This document shows, one piece after another, positions 25,878-38,155 of a stretch of DNA of 64,000 nt (position 1 is the first letter of the stretch; each line of letters starts with the position of its first letter). The position numbers and the translations under genes were made by a program. The notes beneath the pieces are model-generated. The model made no database searches and was not told the DNA's origin. It saw only the letters and a program-made list of their open reading frames with translations. The stretch comes from Octopus sinensis (taxonomy: Eukaryota): contig NC_042998.1 in assembly GCF_006345805.1 (NCBI RefSeq), positions 74,648,001 to 74,712,000 of the forward strand, written 5' to 3'.

Positions 25878-26390
25878 GGTCACTTTCAAGCGCTACTGGT
25901 AACATGTAACCCAGTACAACCTGTTGCATGGTCGGGTCGTCGGCGACTAAACCGGCAATCCCACCAAGCTTGCTTGGTGAGGAGGGTGTTTATTGGACAC
26001 CCTGCGAGATGAAAAACAAAACCCGTCAAAGGTCTTAAGGCTTTATCATGCGTGGGGACATAGAAATAATCGAACTGAATACCCAATCGCGCGGTTAATC
26101 CATTGGGAGTGAAGGACTCCTAGCCTTTGTTAGGGCATCCTTCTAGGAGAAGGTAACTCAGGTAACTGGGATAACTCCGACATCAAACCTGCAGGTCAGT
26201 GGTTACCGATGATGTTGACTTGATCTTCTTTTCGGATTATGGCTGCTGTTGCTTAGTGAGTGGGATTGACTCAGTGCACAACCTTTCCTCACTTTAAAAG
26301 ATATCTTCTTGCACAGGCATTGCACGATAACAACATTGATTAAGCTTCGAGCAATGGCCATACTCGATAACGAGGGGGCAGCCACCATAT
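25878..26390 (+). mobile_element. Probable RTE-type LINE 5' UTR or related GC-rich repeat
   Basis: GC-rich island with TAGGGCATCC..CTAGGAGAAGGTAACTC..CAAACCT, a motif I associate with RTE 5' UTRs; no ORF follows. Confidence 0.4.
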
Positions 26391-26404
26391 ATAAGTAAAT
26401 AAAT

Positions 26405-27030
26405 GTAGTTGAACGCAGGTGTTATTCAAATTTCCCTCCCCAGTTATCTAAGAGAATTTCCAATCATTATTCTGCATTTAGGGATAGCAGTAAACGTAAT
26501 AGCACAGGGCTTAGTAAATTGGTTTGGTATCTTAAAGACAACAACTCTGAACTCTTCCATATTCTCTTCTCTAAGAATCACCTTGTTAACACGCTTATAG
26601 AGCGATCTTGCAAATGTAAGCACTGGCAGAAACATACCTTTAGCTCATATAAGTGATTTATACTAGTCTGTATAGTTTGAACATTTAGTTCACCTTGCAC
26701 TTTACTTCAATAGAGAAATCTACTTCCAAGCCTTTGAACATTTTTTCAACCAATATATCCCTTTTTATTTGTTCTCTACTTATTATTTCTTTACCTCTTC
26801 TCTTCCTATGGTCTGCCTTTGACGTCAGATCTACTAATGGTTATTTTTAAAATACTTAATAGCGTTCCGTTTATCATTTATGCAGTCATCAAAATTCTTC
26901 TGTCTTTCTTTCCCTGATGAGAAGATTACATTATTTTACACCGTTTATTCCTTTGGAATAAAACCAATGTTGTCTTCGAAACATATGTAGAAAGTAAAAG
27001 AATTTGAATAACATCTGCCTTCAACTCCAT
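26405..27030 (+). mobile_element. Penelope-like element fragment: inverted terminal piece, GIY-YIG C-terminal half, and pLTR with hammerhead
   Basis: 26450-26656 translates KRISNHYSAFRDSSKRNSTGLSKLVWYLKDNN. 26630-27030 is homologous to 33597-34036 (minus). 26405-26432 is an inverted copy of 27001-27028. Confidence 0.8.
26908..26994 (+). ncRNA. Type I hammerhead ribozyme with long stem II and imperfect stem I
   Basis: CUUUCC-CUGAUGA-GAAGA..(47 nt)..UCUUC-GAAAC-AUAUGU-A-GAAAG; palindromic ACAUAUGU; GUA triplet. Confidence 0.7.
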
Positions 27031-29033
27031 ATATTTACTTTTATACTATACAAATTACTGCACATTAACCCGGAGTTTCTATCGTTGAATAGGTCGCTAC
27101 ATCCTTGTTACTTGCGTGAATTTTGCTACCCTGGTAACTGTTTATTGAATTTTCCGTGTTAACTGTAAACAAAGGATAATTCATTCATCCTTTTGCACAC
27201 ACACACACACATATACATACAAACGCACGTGCACACACTCACACATATATACTTACATGCACACACGCACATATAATGTATAAATATCAGTATATATTCA
27301 TAATTACATGTATGTATTCTCAATCCGGTGATGAACAGAGTGCACCAAAAGTTCGAATGAACGATGCCTTATCTACGATTAACATTTAATCGTATTTATC
27401 TTATATATTACACATACTTATATATCGAACTTTACAAACGTCTAACACAGAGTTGTACCGACTATTTTCTATATTCTACCACAAAATAAAATGTGTGTGT
27501 ATGTGTATGTAAATGTATGTATACATATTGAAGGTACACTTCATTTACAAATCGATTGTGACTGTCACAACCCTACACACACAGACATACACACACAAAT
27601 ACGCACAGGCATACGCACCCACCCACACAGAGTCAATAAATAGACACAATTAAACGTATGAAGTAGCGATATATTTTAATATATCTAAAAACGGCTGGAG
27701 TGAAATATCTGAAACAAACGTGCAATGATACAAGTTATCTACTGATTATCAGTCCTGATATATTTTTTATTGATGTCTACAACTGATAACGATACAATAT
27801 AGTCAACACTCATCTCAATAATCGATCTTGTTTTTTATGTTTATTGTTCTAGTCAATCTAAACTGTTATTTATATGACAACTTAAACTAAGGTGTCCATA
27901 GATGCTTGATATATCAAAACCAGAATGATGAAAAATTGTATTAATATACTCACAATACAAACCTTTAAGACTTTTCGACCTTCTTTCCTAATCGATGTAA
28001 TTGATGTCCAAATTTAAGAGCAATGCCAGAGAGATGAAATTGATCAGAAGTAAGGTGTCTTTATTGAGATGTTTTAGGAACAGTGATTAATAGGTTATTA
28101 AAAGTGAGCCAATTCTACTGTCTTAAATAAATAGGCAGCAGATTGTTCTGAAATTGGTGATTTGCTCATAAATATGGAGAGATTCATTTTTTTCTTTAGC
28201 TTTTCTCACGTTCACTCAACACGTTTCCGATTCATTCGTTGATGGCATTCAAGAACACAGTGATTACATAAACATATTCAGTTAGTGTTTGCTTTCGGTT
28301 TACCTTGAAGAAATAAGAAAAAATGTGCGCTAAATTTACTGGAATCAACTTATTGGGGCGTGGACTACGTGGTTAGTGAGGTTAATACTGGGCGGACTTA
28401 ACTGGATAATGAGCCAGTTGATGTTGAGTTTGAGTTGTTGAGATTAATGGTTGGAGGTTAAATGCATGCAGGGAAGTGTTTACAATGTATATGAAGGAAA
28501 TAAGAATTAGTAACATGGTTATATATCACAGCTTAAAACATTGGTAGTCTAGTAGTTGCTTTGACACAGACTACACTTCCTACTCCAACACTCTTAAAAA
28601 TGGCTTTTCTTAAGTAAAAATAAATAAAATTATATAACCACATTGCAGTCGAAGCTGCGCGTAGTTAAGAAATTAAGCTCATAATCTAGTGATTCTTGTT
28701 CGATCCAAATGCAGGGCACTTTGGTTAACAGTTAAAGAGTGTTAAATTGAATGCAATACACAATAAGAAAGTCTCATGGCAGTTGTCTTGGGTCCCTGAA
28801 AAGATTTTAATCAGTTATGTCGATGGTTGTTATTATTTCAAATCCGAACATAATTTATCGACATCTATATATCGAATTGCAGGGTTATCTTTTTGTACAA
28901 GAAACACAACCTGATACATACACAGTATCTGTTTGTATATGTGTACTTTTGAATACCTATCATTAACTAAACAATACATATTTTATTTCTCTCAAATCCT
29001 TGTTAGTATTAAATTTATTCCTGTTCTTTATAC

Positions 29034-29409
<376 letters not shown>

Positions 29410-29444
29410 ACACACACACACACACACAACACACACACACACAT

Positions 29445-29534
<90 letters not shown>

Positions 29535-29536
<2 letters not shown>

Positions 29537-29749
29537 ATAAGAACTCTCTCGTCGTTAGATGACGCTGATGTTTATAGTGATCAAATGCTTGTGTACATAT
29601 AAGATCACTCCCTCCATCAAATTAACATTTACCTGTACAGGTGCACCGCGTGCCACATGTCAAATGAAGAAATAATCGCAGAGCAACGTGAGTCGAACCC
29701 ACGATCTCGCAATTGTGAGTGCAACATCCTAACGATTAAACCATGCGCC

Positions 29750-29754
<5 letters not shown>
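29535..29754 (-). mobile_element. Same SINE, copy 2 (tandem duplication, period 344 bp)
   Basis: Identical to 29191-29409 except for one inserted A. Confidence 0.8.
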
Positions 29755-29808
<54 letters not shown>

Positions 29809-30599
29809 CATACATACACATATATTAACGTTTGTTGTGATGTTCGCTTATAATAAAAACAATCTGAAGGGTTAATCCATACTTTTGTGAAGAACACATT
29901 TATCATAACTTAACAAGAATAGTAACTTCGAGGTTTCAGTCAGCTAAGCCATCATGGGACTGTGATGCATTTAAGTCAATCTTAGTTTTATATAGTTTCT
30001 ATTGAAATAAAATTATTCTTGTTATGTAGACTTCAGTTGAATGGTAATTAAGTTGTCATGTAGTTTTGACGTATTGTGGAGAAATTTTTATTGATTAAAT
30101 TTGGGGTTATTGTTCAGAATTTATTCATGCGTGTAAAGCTTTACAAACAGAGGTGTATATTTAGGTGTATCTGTTTCAGGTCATGGGATTGTTTTTTAGC
30201 GGTTCACATAAAGGATGTAGGTAAGTAGAGGGTCCTTTTGTTCAACGGGTGTGGTATTAGTTTAAGTTATTTTGGGATGTAATTCTTTGCTTTGACAATG
30301 TAATGGTCAAAGTTCAAAGTTTAGTTCACTATTCAGTAACTTAGTAATTAAGGTGTGCAGCAATGGAATTTTCAAGGGGTCATATTAAATGTAAGTAGGT
30401 GGTATGTTTTAGCTGATTATTGAGGTCCTTTACTTGTTGATGCTATTTAGGATATTTCTTGTTTTTATTTGGTAGGTGGAGGTTATTCGTCGAGCATGTC
30501 ATGGTGTTGTTCGCACAGAAATTTGTTTATCTTCTGATTTGATGTTCGAAACATGATGCTGGTAGGTGTAATGATTGTAGGTCAGTATATTTCTCTTTA

Positions 30600-33261
30600 G
30601 GCCTTCATATATCCGTGAAAACCTCACACCCCAGGTTTTACTGTCATACTCAAATTCAGTATGTGACACTAATTGTATACGCAATATAGTCATATGCAAT
30701 ATATATTGCCCACCAGATGTTCCAAACCACATAGGCAAGTGTGAAGATTGCCTCACAAGAATTAAATCCTCAGGAAACTGGAACACCATGTGAGAGTATT
30801 TCTTACTGGTGATTTCAACTTCTCCAATGTCAAATGGTAGGAAGGCCTCATGCTCTCAGGAATGACGCATTGCAAACAAGCGCAGGTAGCGTCCCTGCTC
30901 AACCTCACCAATGCCCTATTCATGGAGCAAGTTGTGCTCAGACCAACTAGGACGAATAACATTTTGGATCTCTGCTTTACAAACAATATGGACATCGTTC
31001 ATAATGTGAAAGTGACGCCAACATTAGTTTCGGATCACAACATAATATAGCTGTCTGGGTATGTAACAAAAGTAGCCAGAGACATACAGCCTATATGAAG
31101 CACCCAAAATCTCTCCAATCTGAACTTCCACAAAGCAGAATGGAAATCGATCCAAAAAGAGATCCTCAGACAGGACTGGCTGAAATATTTCTCCACACTA
31201 GACATGGGCATGAAACTAGAATATTTCATGTCTGTTATGCAAACCATTTGCAATAAATATGTCCCGGAGCACAAGGCCAACACACATAGGAACAAGATTC
31301 CAAGGGAGAGAAAGATCCTCATGAGACTGAGACAACTGACGAGGGTTGGCTAAAAACAACACAGCTAGAGATTGAAAAAAGCCTGCAACAATCCTATGTG
31401 AGGGAGAGAGCAGACAAAGAAACCTGGGTTATAAAAAAAACATTAAGTCAAACCCAAAGGCCTCTTTCATTATGCCAAAGAAACAACCTCAGTACGCTGC
31501 AAAATAAAACTCCTCTTCCAAAAGGATAGCTCCCTCACAGATAGTCCAACCAGGATCAGTGAGGTACTAAATGACCAGTTCAAAAGCGTCTTTACCACCC
31601 CGTTGGAACACAGATAAGTGAACGAACCAGTGGATATCTTTGCCGCATCACCTATAAACAGCGAGGCAGCTACGATGGATTACATCAACATTAGCGAAGA
31701 AGATATAGTACCAGCCATATATGAGATGGACGCAAACTCAACTTCTGTTCCTTTTGGTTTCCCAGCAATCCTCCTCAAATCGTATAAGCGTGCCCAGGTG
31801 AAACCACATAAATTCTCTTCCAAAATTTTCTTCCAAATAGCAGGCTGCCAAGCAAACTGAAAGAGGGAAACAAAATGCCCAATCCATAAAAAAGGAAGCA
31901 GAGCAGGTGTCAAAAACTATAGGCCTATCTATCTGACTTCACATAGCAAAGTCATTAATCGCATTCCTGGAAGAATACAACTTACTGAGTGATACCAGCA
32001 TGGCTTTCAACCAGATAGAAGCTGCCTGACCCAGCTCTTATAGCACTATAACAGGGTGTTGAGGAAGTTACTCAATAACTCAAAAATGGACGTAATATGC
32101 CTTGACTTTGCAAAAGCTTTTGATAAAGTGGATCATGGTATGATATGCCATACACTGCGTGATCTCGGCAAACTTGGTGAGTGGTTACATGACTTCTGAA
32201 AGATAGAAGTCAGGCAGTAGTGGCCAATGGAGCCAACTCCGTGAAAACGCAAATAATGAGCGGTGTTCCACAGGGCACTGTCTTAGGACCACTGCTTTTC
32301 GTAGTAGCCCTCTCAGATATGCCCTCAGCTGCCCAGATTGTCACCCTTGCTAGCTACGCAAGAGATACGAAAATCTCACAGAAAATAAATACAGAACACC
32401 AGTGATGTTGCACACCTGTAGCAGGAGTTGGACTCAATTTACAGATGGGCTGAGGACAATAATATGCAGTTTAATGTTGAAAACTTCCAAGTTCTATGCT
32501 ACCAACGTCCACAACTGAATATAAAACTTACAGGATACACTGGTCCACAGGGGATTACAATCCCAGAGCCTAAATCAGTGAGGGACCAGGGTATCGAAAT
32601 GAATGGTGATACCTCTTTCCAAGTGCACATTACCAGGATGGCGACAAAGTGCAGACGATTGGCTGGCCGGATCCTGAGAACGTTCAGAACCAGAGAAAAG
32701 GAAACCATAATGGCCCTTTGGAGTACATTCGTCCTCAGCCGCCTGAACTACTGCTCCCAGCTATGGTCACCCAACAGTGTAAAATTAACAGCGGACCTTG
32801 AAGCAATCAAGCGAAGCTTCACAGAGAAGATCGTCTCGTTGCAACAGCTCAGCTACTGGGAAAGGCTGAATTAACTAATACTCTACTACCTGGAACGAAG
32901 GTGGGAGAGGTATGCAGTAATATACATCTGGAAGATACTGGAAGGAATTGTGCAAAATTTTGGCATTGAAAGCTAAACTACTGCCAGAACGCGTCGAAAC
33001 CGCACAGTGCCAAAGATCCCAACGAGGCTATCGCGCTTCAGGACCTGTTACTGTAACAGCCTGGGCTTTAGGGGCCCACATATATTTAATATTTTTCCAA
33101 AGAGCTTGAGGGACCTACATAAAGTGTATGTAGGGGTTTTCAAATCAAAACTGAACCTCTTCTTGTCGAATCCCAGATGAACTTACCTCGCGGCAAGAGG
33201 TGCAAATGACAGTGTAGTAAAACGACAGTGCCCCAGCATAGCCGCAGCTCTGAGCTGAAAC
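30600..33261 (+). pseudogene. CR1-group LINE (family A): 5'-truncated ORF2 (APE endonuclease + RT) and 3' tail
   Basis: APE motifs GDFNF, PTRTNNILDL, SDHNII; RT motifs NYRPI, LDFAKAFDKVDH, GVPQGTVLGPLLF, SYARDTK, LSRLNYCSQLWSP. Many stops and frameshifts; 3' hairpin tail ending GCTGAAAC. Confidence 0.92.
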
Positions 33262-33263
33262 TA

Positions 33264-33298
<35 letters not shown>

Positions 33299-33317
33299 AT
33301 ATATATATATATATATA

Positions 33318-33355
<38 letters not shown>

Positions 33356-33520
33356 TATATGTATATATATATATATGTATATATATACACATACATACAT
33401 ACACATATGTATAAAGGAGGTGGCCCAGCATGGCCGCAAACCAATGAGTGAAACAAGTAAAAGATTAAAAGAATAAAAGAATATACAGATATATTATATA
33501 TATATATATAGAATACACAG

Positions 33521-33590
<70 letters not shown>
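33262..33590. repeat. (TA)n/(GA)n arrays containing an isolated SINE-C 3' tail (33413-33481)
   Basis: GGCCCAGCATGGCCGC..GAAACAAGTAAAAGATTAAAAGAAT matches the SINE C tail. Confidence 0.8.
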
Positions 33591-33591
<1 letters not shown>

Positions 33592-33596
33592 AATAA

Positions 33597-34036
33597 CTGG
33601 AGTTAAACGCAGGTGTTATTCAATCTTTTTACTTCCGACATGTTTCGAAGAAAACATTGGTATTATTCCAGAAGGAATAAAATAGTGTAAAATAATGCAA
33701 TCTTCTCATCAGGGAAAGAAAGCAACCAAGCACATCAATAAGACCTTTTAATAGAATGTAATGACTGCGTATATGCTGAAGGGAACGCTAGCAAGTTGTC
33801 TTTTAAACCCTTAGTAGATATAACGTCAAAAGTAGTTTATGGAAAGAGAGGGATGAGAAAGAAAGAAATTAGCAGAAAATTAATAGTGGAGAGATATAGA
33901 GCGATAGGTGAATAGCAATAAAGCTTAGTGGTTTGGAAGTAGATGTATTTAGTGGAAGTGAAATGTAAGAAGGCAGTCAAAGGTCGAATTTTATAGAATG
34001 GTAGAAATTACTTATAGGAACTAAAGGTATGTTTCT
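33597..34036 (-). mobile_element. Penelope-like pLTR, same family as 26630-27030
   Basis: Shared blocks AGAAACATACCTTTAG, TTTGACGT..ATCTACTAA, TAGCGTTCC, CTTTCTTTCCCTGATGAGAAGA and TTGAATAACACCTGCG. Confidence 0.8.
33632..33718 (-). ncRNA. Type I hammerhead ribozyme, all core nucleotides intact, GUC cleavage site
   Basis: CUUUCC-CUGAUGA-GAAGA..UCUUC-GAAAC-AUGU-C^GGAAG. Stem I is 5 bp, stem II closes with G10.1-C11.1, stem III is the palindrome ACAUGU. Predicted cleavage is between plus-strand 33637 and 33636. Confidence 0.8.
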
Positions 34037-34114
34037 TTCTCCTCCTTCTCTTCCTATAAACTACCTTTGACATTCTATCTACTAACGTTTAACATACGCA
34101 CACACACACACACG

Positions 34115-34174
<60 letters not shown>

Positions 34175-34178
<4 letters not shown>

Positions 34179-34545
34179 GTTGTAAAACATATAATAAATG
34201 CACAAACGATTGGAAAACAGATATAGCAGGTCACCAACTCTTCATCAGTTATCGACCAGAGAGTCGAACGCAATTTTGCACCTTTTACGATAATATTGAT
34301 CTCTTCTAGTGGTACCGGCACAAGAAGCCGCCGAGAAATGGGACCACAAACACAACAGAACGAGAACGAACAAACAATAAACACTTCTATATGGAAGTGA
34401 ACGTACGAACATGAATAAATGTGATTCAAGACGAGACCAATAGTAGACGAACGAGGGACAAAGACGAAATAAATAAACATACATGTAAACATACAATGGG
34501 GCCTAAGCAAGAGCACGTATACATGCACAAATAAATACATCTCCA
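34175..34545 (-). mobile_element. Unclassified repeat, possibly the terminus of another PLE, with a half hammerhead
   Basis: Minus strand GGUCGAUAA-CUGAUGA-AGAG at 34229-34257, but no GAAAC half follows. Confidence 0.3.
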
Positions 34546-34803
34546 CGTTACCGCATTTTTCAAATCATCCGAATCTGCCGAGATCAGCCGAAAATTTCGG
34601 AAGACTCACTATAATTTTATATGTAAATCCCTACTTTTGAAAGGGCTTAATATTTTGAATTTAAGATCAATGATTAACTCTAAAAGGTGGAACGTAATAA
34701 TGTTACTGATAAGAATAAATATCTGTTATATATATATAGCTATTCAGAATATAGAATATTGCTTTCTGTAAGTGTTTAGCAAAGAATTCAAATATCTATA
34801 CAA

Positions 34804-34861
<58 letters not shown>

Positions 34862-35129
34862 AGCTGAAACGGAATGGTATATGGAAAATATATCAAGGTA
34901 GACAGACTAAAATAAGGATACAAGTAATGTATATATATAAAATTATATACATACACACACATGTATATATTATAAAATTGTTTTGAGCTATAAATAATGT
35001 ATAAAAATTACAAAATGATGGAAATTTTAATGGATGTATTTTGATCCATTTTTCTAGTGTCCTTCCGTTTAGGCTACTTTCATATATTCATGCATATAAG
35101 TTCTTCTGGTTTAATTTTTAAATATCATA

Positions 35130-37800
35130 ACAATGTAGAAAAAGTGGTATTCTAACCCAGAAGCGTGCTCTTCATTGAATTTAGATAACAGCAGTTTGAT
35201 ATAGATGCATTTGTGCACGTAAGTATGCATGTATATATGTATGTATGAACGTATGTTTGTGTTATATGCATGTATCCTTCAGCATACATTAAGTGCATAC
35301 ATACAGACGTATACAGGCTTTGAAATCATTGAATGTATATTTTGACTTATGTATGGGTGCGTATATAGGTTTGCTTCTCTAACATTTCTATATACACTTA
35401 TTACATAAATTTCTGAAATGCTTTACATACTTTCATACAACTTTCATACTTTGTAGCTGTATTTTCCTCATTCGTCGATTTCTTTCAGTTTTTGTAAAAT
35501 TAAGCTTCTCGGGATTGATTTTAAGGCAGTTAGATACACATCAAAGTACTGCAATAATTATAGATATACTTTTAAAGCTATAGCAGGGTCGAATAAGTGC
35601 GTGTTTCTTTCAGCATAGATGTTTCAGTTTCCACGTTCAAATGGTTTAGCAACATCCCTGTCACTTTTTCGCTTCAGATATTCTGCTGCTATGTTTTGTT
35701 CTTGTATTGCAGAAGCAGATCCTTCGAAGCATATCTTGGTTGTTAGTTCAAAATAGACTACATAGCTTTTCTAAGATACTGTAACTGTGAAGCTTTTTGG
35801 CATAATAGTTATGCATAACCTTATACTGACACGCAACTTTTCTCTGATGTTCTGTCGTAGTAGAGTTGTGCCATTTCTCAGTCGTTAGTCGGGGAATACT
35901 TTTCGAAGAATTCATTTCAAACTCGTATGAAACTGTCTGCTTCATATATGCAAATTTAATGCATGAGCGTACTTCGGCACTTGGTGGTTAGTAGATCTTG
36001 TGAAAGAGATATAATGCATTCAAAACCTGTATGAATTAATGTTAAACGTCGGCAACCTTGTTTCCGTTTTAAGAGTGAAGGCCATATTTTTTAAATATAA
36101 TATTACATTCCCTGGTTACTCGTTCCTTGTTAAAATGCCATCGCAGGATCTATATTCATTCATTCAGTCTTAGGACCAATAGTATTTTCTCATCAAATAT
36201 CGGAGATATAAATGTTGCATGACGGACTCACGCGTAGTTTGCCATCGTATTACCATCATGCAGGAATATGCATTCTTACTTAACTCTGTCCTTATATTTA
36301 TTGAGGAAATGGTCAAGACTTTTCTTCATACAATTCATATTTTTAGCATACACTTTGAGATCGTTCACAAGCAATGTTTTGCGTTGGCTTTCCTGTTTTC
36401 CTATGAGCCACTCTTCAAATTTTCTCAACAAAGAAGTATGAACAGTATCAGAGATATTGTCACCCTAAAATATATCTCCTCGTTACTGTGGCCTATCAAT
36501 GACAAAATAACCAAATCTAATTTTTAATTCCAAAGGAAGATGGCTCAGAACGAAATCAGTTTGTCTTTGGTCTTGATTGTGGTGTTTACAACTTTAGCAA
36601 ACCAAAGGACATCCTCCAGCGGGAAACAATGGCTTTTTTTTAGAATCTAATACGATCAAGTTCCTTTTAAGTGGACGTTCATTTGACTTCAAAGTTCTGT
36701 TAATAAAAAGTTAATTCAGAACATCTCCAAATTCCTTCCCAGTTGCTTGTACAATTATAATTATATTGTTACCATCACAGTGTTTCTAGCGGGAAATTTT
36801 CAAACAGGCCGTATATATTTCATACATCAGATTCTGGCATGTGATGCCAGCAGCTTTTCACCATGTTAGTGACATTGTTTTGGAGTATCATTTTTGCTTA
36901 AGTCAGCACCAACCAGCTTGGTATATTTATATATTCACAAAGAGCGAAGTTTGCCTATGAAAATCAACGGGATACTCCTGATAAATGGTCAATTTATTTT
37001 CACTAGTACTCGACAACAAAGGCTTTCCCTGGTGCTTTCTTATTCTGAATTTCTAAATATCAGTGTGTAGGGCCTTATCATTGGTGTCGTAATTTTACTT
37101 TAATACAGAGATTAAAATAATTTTCTTCGCTCCAGATTTTTCTCCTGAATGAATCTACATCATTCTGATGAAGAAGCTTCTATGACATTTATTCCTTACC
37201 CCCGCCCCTTGTATTTTTGTAAACTGTAAGTTGGTTTCCTTTTATATTTCTTATTTATTTCTGATCCTGGAGTTTTTACTGTAAGCTTTTAACTCTTATT
37301 TAAATGTGATTAATGTGATTGATTTGTACTCAAACGCTTTCTTCCTAGCAAACATCTTTTCTATTTTATCTTTCTTACGAATAGATAGTTTTGTTATATA
37401 TTTGTTTACCAGTGATAAGCAACGCTACATAACAGATAATTTTCTGTTAATCAATGATCTTGTCCCCATTTTCCAAATCCAGAATAGCACATATATTTAT
37501 TGTTTTGATCTTATTTATTACTTCTTCAGCATTTCTGCGGTCCTTCATTGCAGTTGTTGAGAGTTTTTAAAAGTGATCATTAATTTACCAAAGCGTATAT
37601 GACATTATCGTAAATATTCCCTCCCGATTTCATTAATCACCGTGGAAAGCAATTCATTGGTTTTTGTTTTAATGTTAGTCACGTGTGGTGTTTCCTGCAA
37701 AGTAAGTTTTAAAATGGGAATAATCTTTTCTTGAAAGATTCTATTAGTCCTCACTCTTCTAACTTCTTGTATATATTTTTTATTGTTACTGCTGTTGTTA
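35130..37800 (-). pseudogene. Long decayed R4/Dong-like RLE non-LTR retrotransposon (RT, partial RLE, 3' UTR), same family as 3097-4065
   Basis: KKAPG (~37030), PSWL (~36910), RGDIF*GD (~36470), LLVNDLKVYAKN (~36360), FEGSASAIQEQ (~35720), NIYAE..NPEKLNF. The 3' UTR is similar to 3120-3360. The CCHC/PD..D segment is deleted. Confidence 0.75.
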
Positions 37801-38039
37801 AATTCGCTGACAACAGTTCAAAAGAACTGTGAAGTAACATAGTAGAAGTTGGAATTTTGTTTTGTAAAATCATATATAAATCTGGCATTTATTCTATCGA
37901 TCTTTTGCTCAACCGAACATTTAAGTGGCAGTTAACAAACCAACACTGGGGACAACCATACACACAAAGGCACAGTCATGTACACAAAAACACATTTCTC
38001 ACATGCATACATACATGTATACATATATGCATACACATT

Positions 38040-38112
38040 CCCCACATACATGCATACATACACACTCATACATACATACATACATACATACATACATACA
38101 TACATACATACA

Positions 38113-38144
<32 letters not shown>

Positions 38145-38155
38145 CATACAAACAT
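38040..38155. repeat. (CATA)n microsatellite
   Basis: Direct. Confidence 0.95.

Noticed and set aside
29930-30520. Possible minus-strand PLE remnant upstream of the CR1 element
   Set aside because: Only vague motifs; no consistent frame or hammerhead.
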